64,000 nucleotides of DNA, from the NCBI GenBank assembly GCA_963750165.1, contig CAVVPN010000012.1, forward strand, positions 576,001 to 640,000, written 5' to 3'. This document shows, one piece after another, positions 61,311 to 64,000 of the stretch. Within the stretch, counting starts at the first letter, position 1, and each line of letters opens with the position of its first letter. The DNA comes from an uncultured Gemmataceae bacterium. Lineage in GTDB: Bacteria > Planctomycetota > Planctomycetia > Gemmatales > Gemmataceae. The position numbers were made by a program, and so were the translations under genes. A model generated the notes under the pieces. It was given only the letters and a program-made list of their open reading frames with translations, made no database searches and was not told the origin of the DNA.

Positions 61311-62783
61311 TCATAGAAACAGGCTGGCCACGATTTCGCACAGGTAATCTTGCAGCGACAGCGGCATCGGCTCGGTCAGCTCGTACTCGGGCTGGCAGTC
61401 CGGCGCGAACAGGCGGCCCTCCAGTTCGTCCAGCGCCGGCCCCGGCCCCAGCGACAGACCGACTTCGTAGTTGTGCCGCAGGCTCAGCGCGTCGAAGTTG
61501 CCGGTGCCGAGATAGCCCCACAGGCCGTCCACCAGCGCCGCCTTGACGTGGATCTTGCCGGGGTAGACGAACACGCGCACCCCCGCCCGCAGCAGCCGGT
61601 TGGCCACCACCCGGTTGGCGCGGTTGACCGTCTCGTTCTCGCTGCTGAACGTCAGCACCACGCGCACGTCCACGCCGCGCCGCCGCGCTTCCGCCAGGGC
61701 CACCACCAGCCGGCTGTCGCTGAAGTAGACGTTCTCCAGGTAGATGCGCTGCTGCGCCCGGTCGATGGCCAGGTACACCGCCTGCGCCAGCTGCCGCGCC
61801 CCCGGCTCCGACACGATCACCCGTGCCTGCCCCGGCACCGCCGCGCGGCATGGGTCGAACGTCGTGGGCGCCACTGCCTGCGGCGGCTCGGCCGGCGTGC
61901 CGTGCTGGTGCCGCCAGTACGACTCGTAGCGCTCCTGCAAGCGCGGCACCAGCGGGCCGTCAAACACAAACGACAGATCGTGATTGTCGAAAAAGGCCTC
62001 GTGCGAGAAGTTGCGGCCGCCGCTCCAGGCCCAGCGGCCGTCCACGAGCACCAGCTTGCGGTGGTCAAAGCGCAGGAAGGGATTGCGGATGCGGATGACC
62101 TCGATGCAGGGGTTCGTCGCCAGGATCGCCAGGACGCGGTTGACCTGGGCCGCGGAGGTGTGGTGCGGCAGGCCGAAGACCAGGTTGCCGCCGCCGTCGA
62201 TCAGCACGCGCACGCGCAACTGCGGCCCCGCCAGCTGCGCCAGCCGGGCCGCGATCGCTTCCCCGAGCGCGTCGCTTTCCCAGTAAAACATCAGCACGTC
62301 GATGGACGTGCTGGCGTTGTCGAACAGTTCATAGAGGGCGGCCAGCGCCGCGCGGCCCTCGACAGCCAGGCGCAGCCGGGTCGGCTCCAGATCCATGCCG
62401 GTCAGGTCGCGTAGACAGGTTTCCAGTTCCTGGTGCTGCGGCGGCGTGAGGTGCTTGAGCAGCGGGCCCGGCTGGCCGCGCAACGGCATCAGGAAACGCT
62501 TGCCGAGGCAGCCCGCGGTCAGCGACCGGAAGTGGTCGCCGAGTTCAACCACCAGTTCCCAGCCGCAGGTCAACGGCCGCTCCGCCACGGCGCGCGCGGA
62601 GTCGTCCATGAGCTGCTGGCGCAGGACGGTGCCGCGATCCGCCGGGTCGGGGCCGGGGTCGGCGGTGTACGGCAGCGCCGCCGAGCGACAACCGATCAGC
62701 AGCGCCAGCGCGCCACGGCCCAGGTAGCGCCGCAGATGCCGGGCCCGTCGCCACAGGTTTCGCCGCGCGCTGCGCTTCCCCAT
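61311..62783 (-). CDS. Phospholipase D / cardiolipin synthase-like protein, possible lipoprotein
   Basis: Two HKD motifs, DHRKLVLVDG..AWSGGRN and IHVKAALVDG...LGTGNFD..SL..NYE; LALLIGC lipobox-like segment. Confidence 0.9.
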   Translation of the reverse strand: MGKRSARRNLWRRARHLRRYLGRGALALLIGCRSAALPYTADPGPDPADRGTVLRQQLMDDSARAVAERPLTCGWELVVELGDHFRSLTAGCLGKRFLMPLRGQPGPLLKHLTPPQHQELETCLRDLTGMDLEPTRLRLAVEGRAALAALYELFDNASTSIDVLMFYWESDALGEAIAARLAQLAGPQLRVRVLIDGGGNLVFGLPHHTSAAQVNRVLAILATNPCIEVIRIRNPFLRFDHRKLVLVDGRWAWSGGRNFSHEAFFDNHDLSFVFDGPLVPRLQERYESYWRHQHGTPAEPPQAVAPTTFDPCRAAVPGQARVIVSEPGARQLAQAVYLAIDRAQQRIYLENVYFSDSRLVVALAEARRRGVDVRVVLTFSSENETVNRANRVVANRLLRAGVRVFVYPGKIHVKAALVDGLWGYLGTGNFDALSLRHNYEVGLSLGPGPALDELEGRLFAPDCQPEYELTEPMPLSLQDYLCEIVASLFL

Positions 62784-63129
62784 GTGCTGCATCCCTGCTG
62801 TCCCGTTCGGGGGATTACTGAAGATTATCGGCGGTTGGCCCGGCGGACTGGAGAAGTCTGGCCCGGCTCCCCACCGCCTCACCTGCAAAAACCAGACAAT
62901 CTGTCTGGTCCCACGAGCCGGGAACTTTTTTTCTCGCGCCCGGCGCCGGTGCCGCCACCACTTAAGTAATTGATGGGCTTACGGTTATCGGCGGATTTGC
63001 CGGCCGGAAGACGCCTGCGGCAGCGCTGTCGGAGGTGCATTTTTTTGAGCTAATGGTCGTAACAATCGTGGCTTGCGGCGAAGGTCAAATTATGCTTGCA
63101 CCGGCCCGGCGGATTCTGTAAAAGTCTCT

Positions 63130-63421
63130 TCACAGAACAAACCACTGCCCCAAGAACCACCAACCGCCCATGAGAACCTGACCGTTCGCCCGCTCCGGTT
63201 TCACTTTTGCCAGTGTGTTCGCTCCAACCCTGCGCAGCCGACCCGACCGCGCACTGACTCAACCGTGCGGCCACTCGTGAGGCGACCGCCCGGTGCTTGC
63301 ACCTTGAATCCACCGGCGGACCGGACCCGGGTCCGGTGTCCCAGGATGGGACCCAACCGCCAGGGAACACGATCCCGCGCCGAGCGGGGGAGGACTGGGT
63401 TTGCCCAGTCCTCCTTTTTTT
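63130..63421 (+). ncRNA. Candidate small RNA (low confidence)
   Basis: A + strand terminator with no + strand CDS upstream; several GGA motifs, one in a hairpin loop; the 5' end is a guess. Confidence 0.3.
63389..63421 (+). terminator. Intrinsic terminator
   Basis: 11-bp stem GGAGGACTGGG-TTTG-CCCAGTCCTCC followed by T7. Confidence 0.8.
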
Positions 63422-63443
63422 GTCCCCGTACTCGCCAAAGTCC

Positions 63444-64000
63444 TTAACTCGCGGTGTCCGCTACTTCCTCTTCCAGCACCTCGGCCCGGACCTCCGCCAG
63501 CCCCAGGTGCCGCCGCGTCTCCAGGCACCGCTCCATCAAATAAGTCCGCGTCGCCCGCTGGTCCGCGAGCAGTTCCGGCGCCACCCGCAGCGGCTCGGCC
63601 ACGACCACATCGATGCGGCGGAACCAGTCCAGGCGCTTGTTCCTCAGCGGCGGCCCTTTGAAATACGAGCAGTAACTGCCCCAACCGCCCTCGATCCAGC
63701 ACAGGACCACCGGCGTTTGCGGCCGCTGATGCAGGATGTGCCAGACACCCTGGCCGAACTGCCGCAGCGGCCGGGCCTCGTCGCGGCGCAGCGAGCCCTC
63801 GGGGAAGATGACGACGCACTCGCCCGCGTCCAGCGCCGCGATGGCCTCCTGTAATTCCGGGGCCTCGCGGCGGTAGGGCGAGAACTGCACGCGGATGGCC
63901 CCGACCACGTGCTTCATCAACCAGCGCAACCCCGGCAGATCATAGAAGAGGCTGGTCATCATCGGCCGGATGTGCCGCGGCAGAATCTTGCCCAGCCAGA
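63444..64000 (-). CDS. Lysophospholipid acyltransferase (PlsC-like) C-terminal part; 5' end outside the window
   Basis: CVVIFPEG.L.R, F..GV..IL...P.TPVV...IEG.WGS. Confidence 0.85.
   Translation of the reverse strand, partial: WLGKILPRHIRPMMTSLFYDLPGLRWLMKHVVGAIRVQFSPYRREAPELQEAIAALDAGECVVIFPEGSLRRDEARPLRQFGQGVWHILHQRPQTPVVLCWIEGGWGSYCSYFKGPPLRNKRLDWFRRIDVVVAEPLRVAPELLADQRATRTYLMERCLETRRHLGLAEVRAEVLEEEVADTAS

Noticed and set aside
61255..61851. N-terminal extension making the Rpn-like ORF 499 aa
   Set aside because: The extension overlaps the PLD gene in another frame and is low-complexity; similarity to the second copy begins at MAQHDQRF (61254).

Overview
High-GC bacterial DNA that looks like a Planctomycete (Gemmataceae-like), judged from two DUF1559 prepilin-like genes, three DUF1549/DUF1553 + DUF1501 modules and many GC-rich intergenic palindromes. 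The first ~8.4 kb is a decayed island. It holds IS66, IS1380 and IS701-like remnants, one intact 1388-bp IS (20-bp perfect IRs, 6-bp target duplication), a chagasin inhibitor next to a truncated probable cysteine protease, a tRNA-Arg(TCT) 5' half cut at the anticodon loop with arm-like repeats, and an integrase stub. The rest is mostly core chromosome: eboE, USPs, an orphan DNA MTase, ispD, rsgA, a Tat-exported SOD, a Rieske oxygenase, ppdK, an MsbA-like ABC transporter, ArnT-like and GT2 transferases, a lactate permease, an ECF sigma/anti-sigma pair, aceE and a PLD. Small defence/TA-type inserts are scattered among these. Many housekeeping genes carry isolated frameshifts, most likely sequencing or assembly indels. 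The most notable locus is a tandem Rpn-like (PD-(D/E)XK/DUF4351) pair. Each copy has an internal GGAGG-N9-ATG start for a small C-terminal protein, and the second copy has lost its nuclease core but keeps an intact, divergent small ORF. A candidate GGA-hairpin sRNA lies near 63.1-63.4 kb. No CRISPR array or rRNA was seen. All family assignments are from motif recognition, not database searches.
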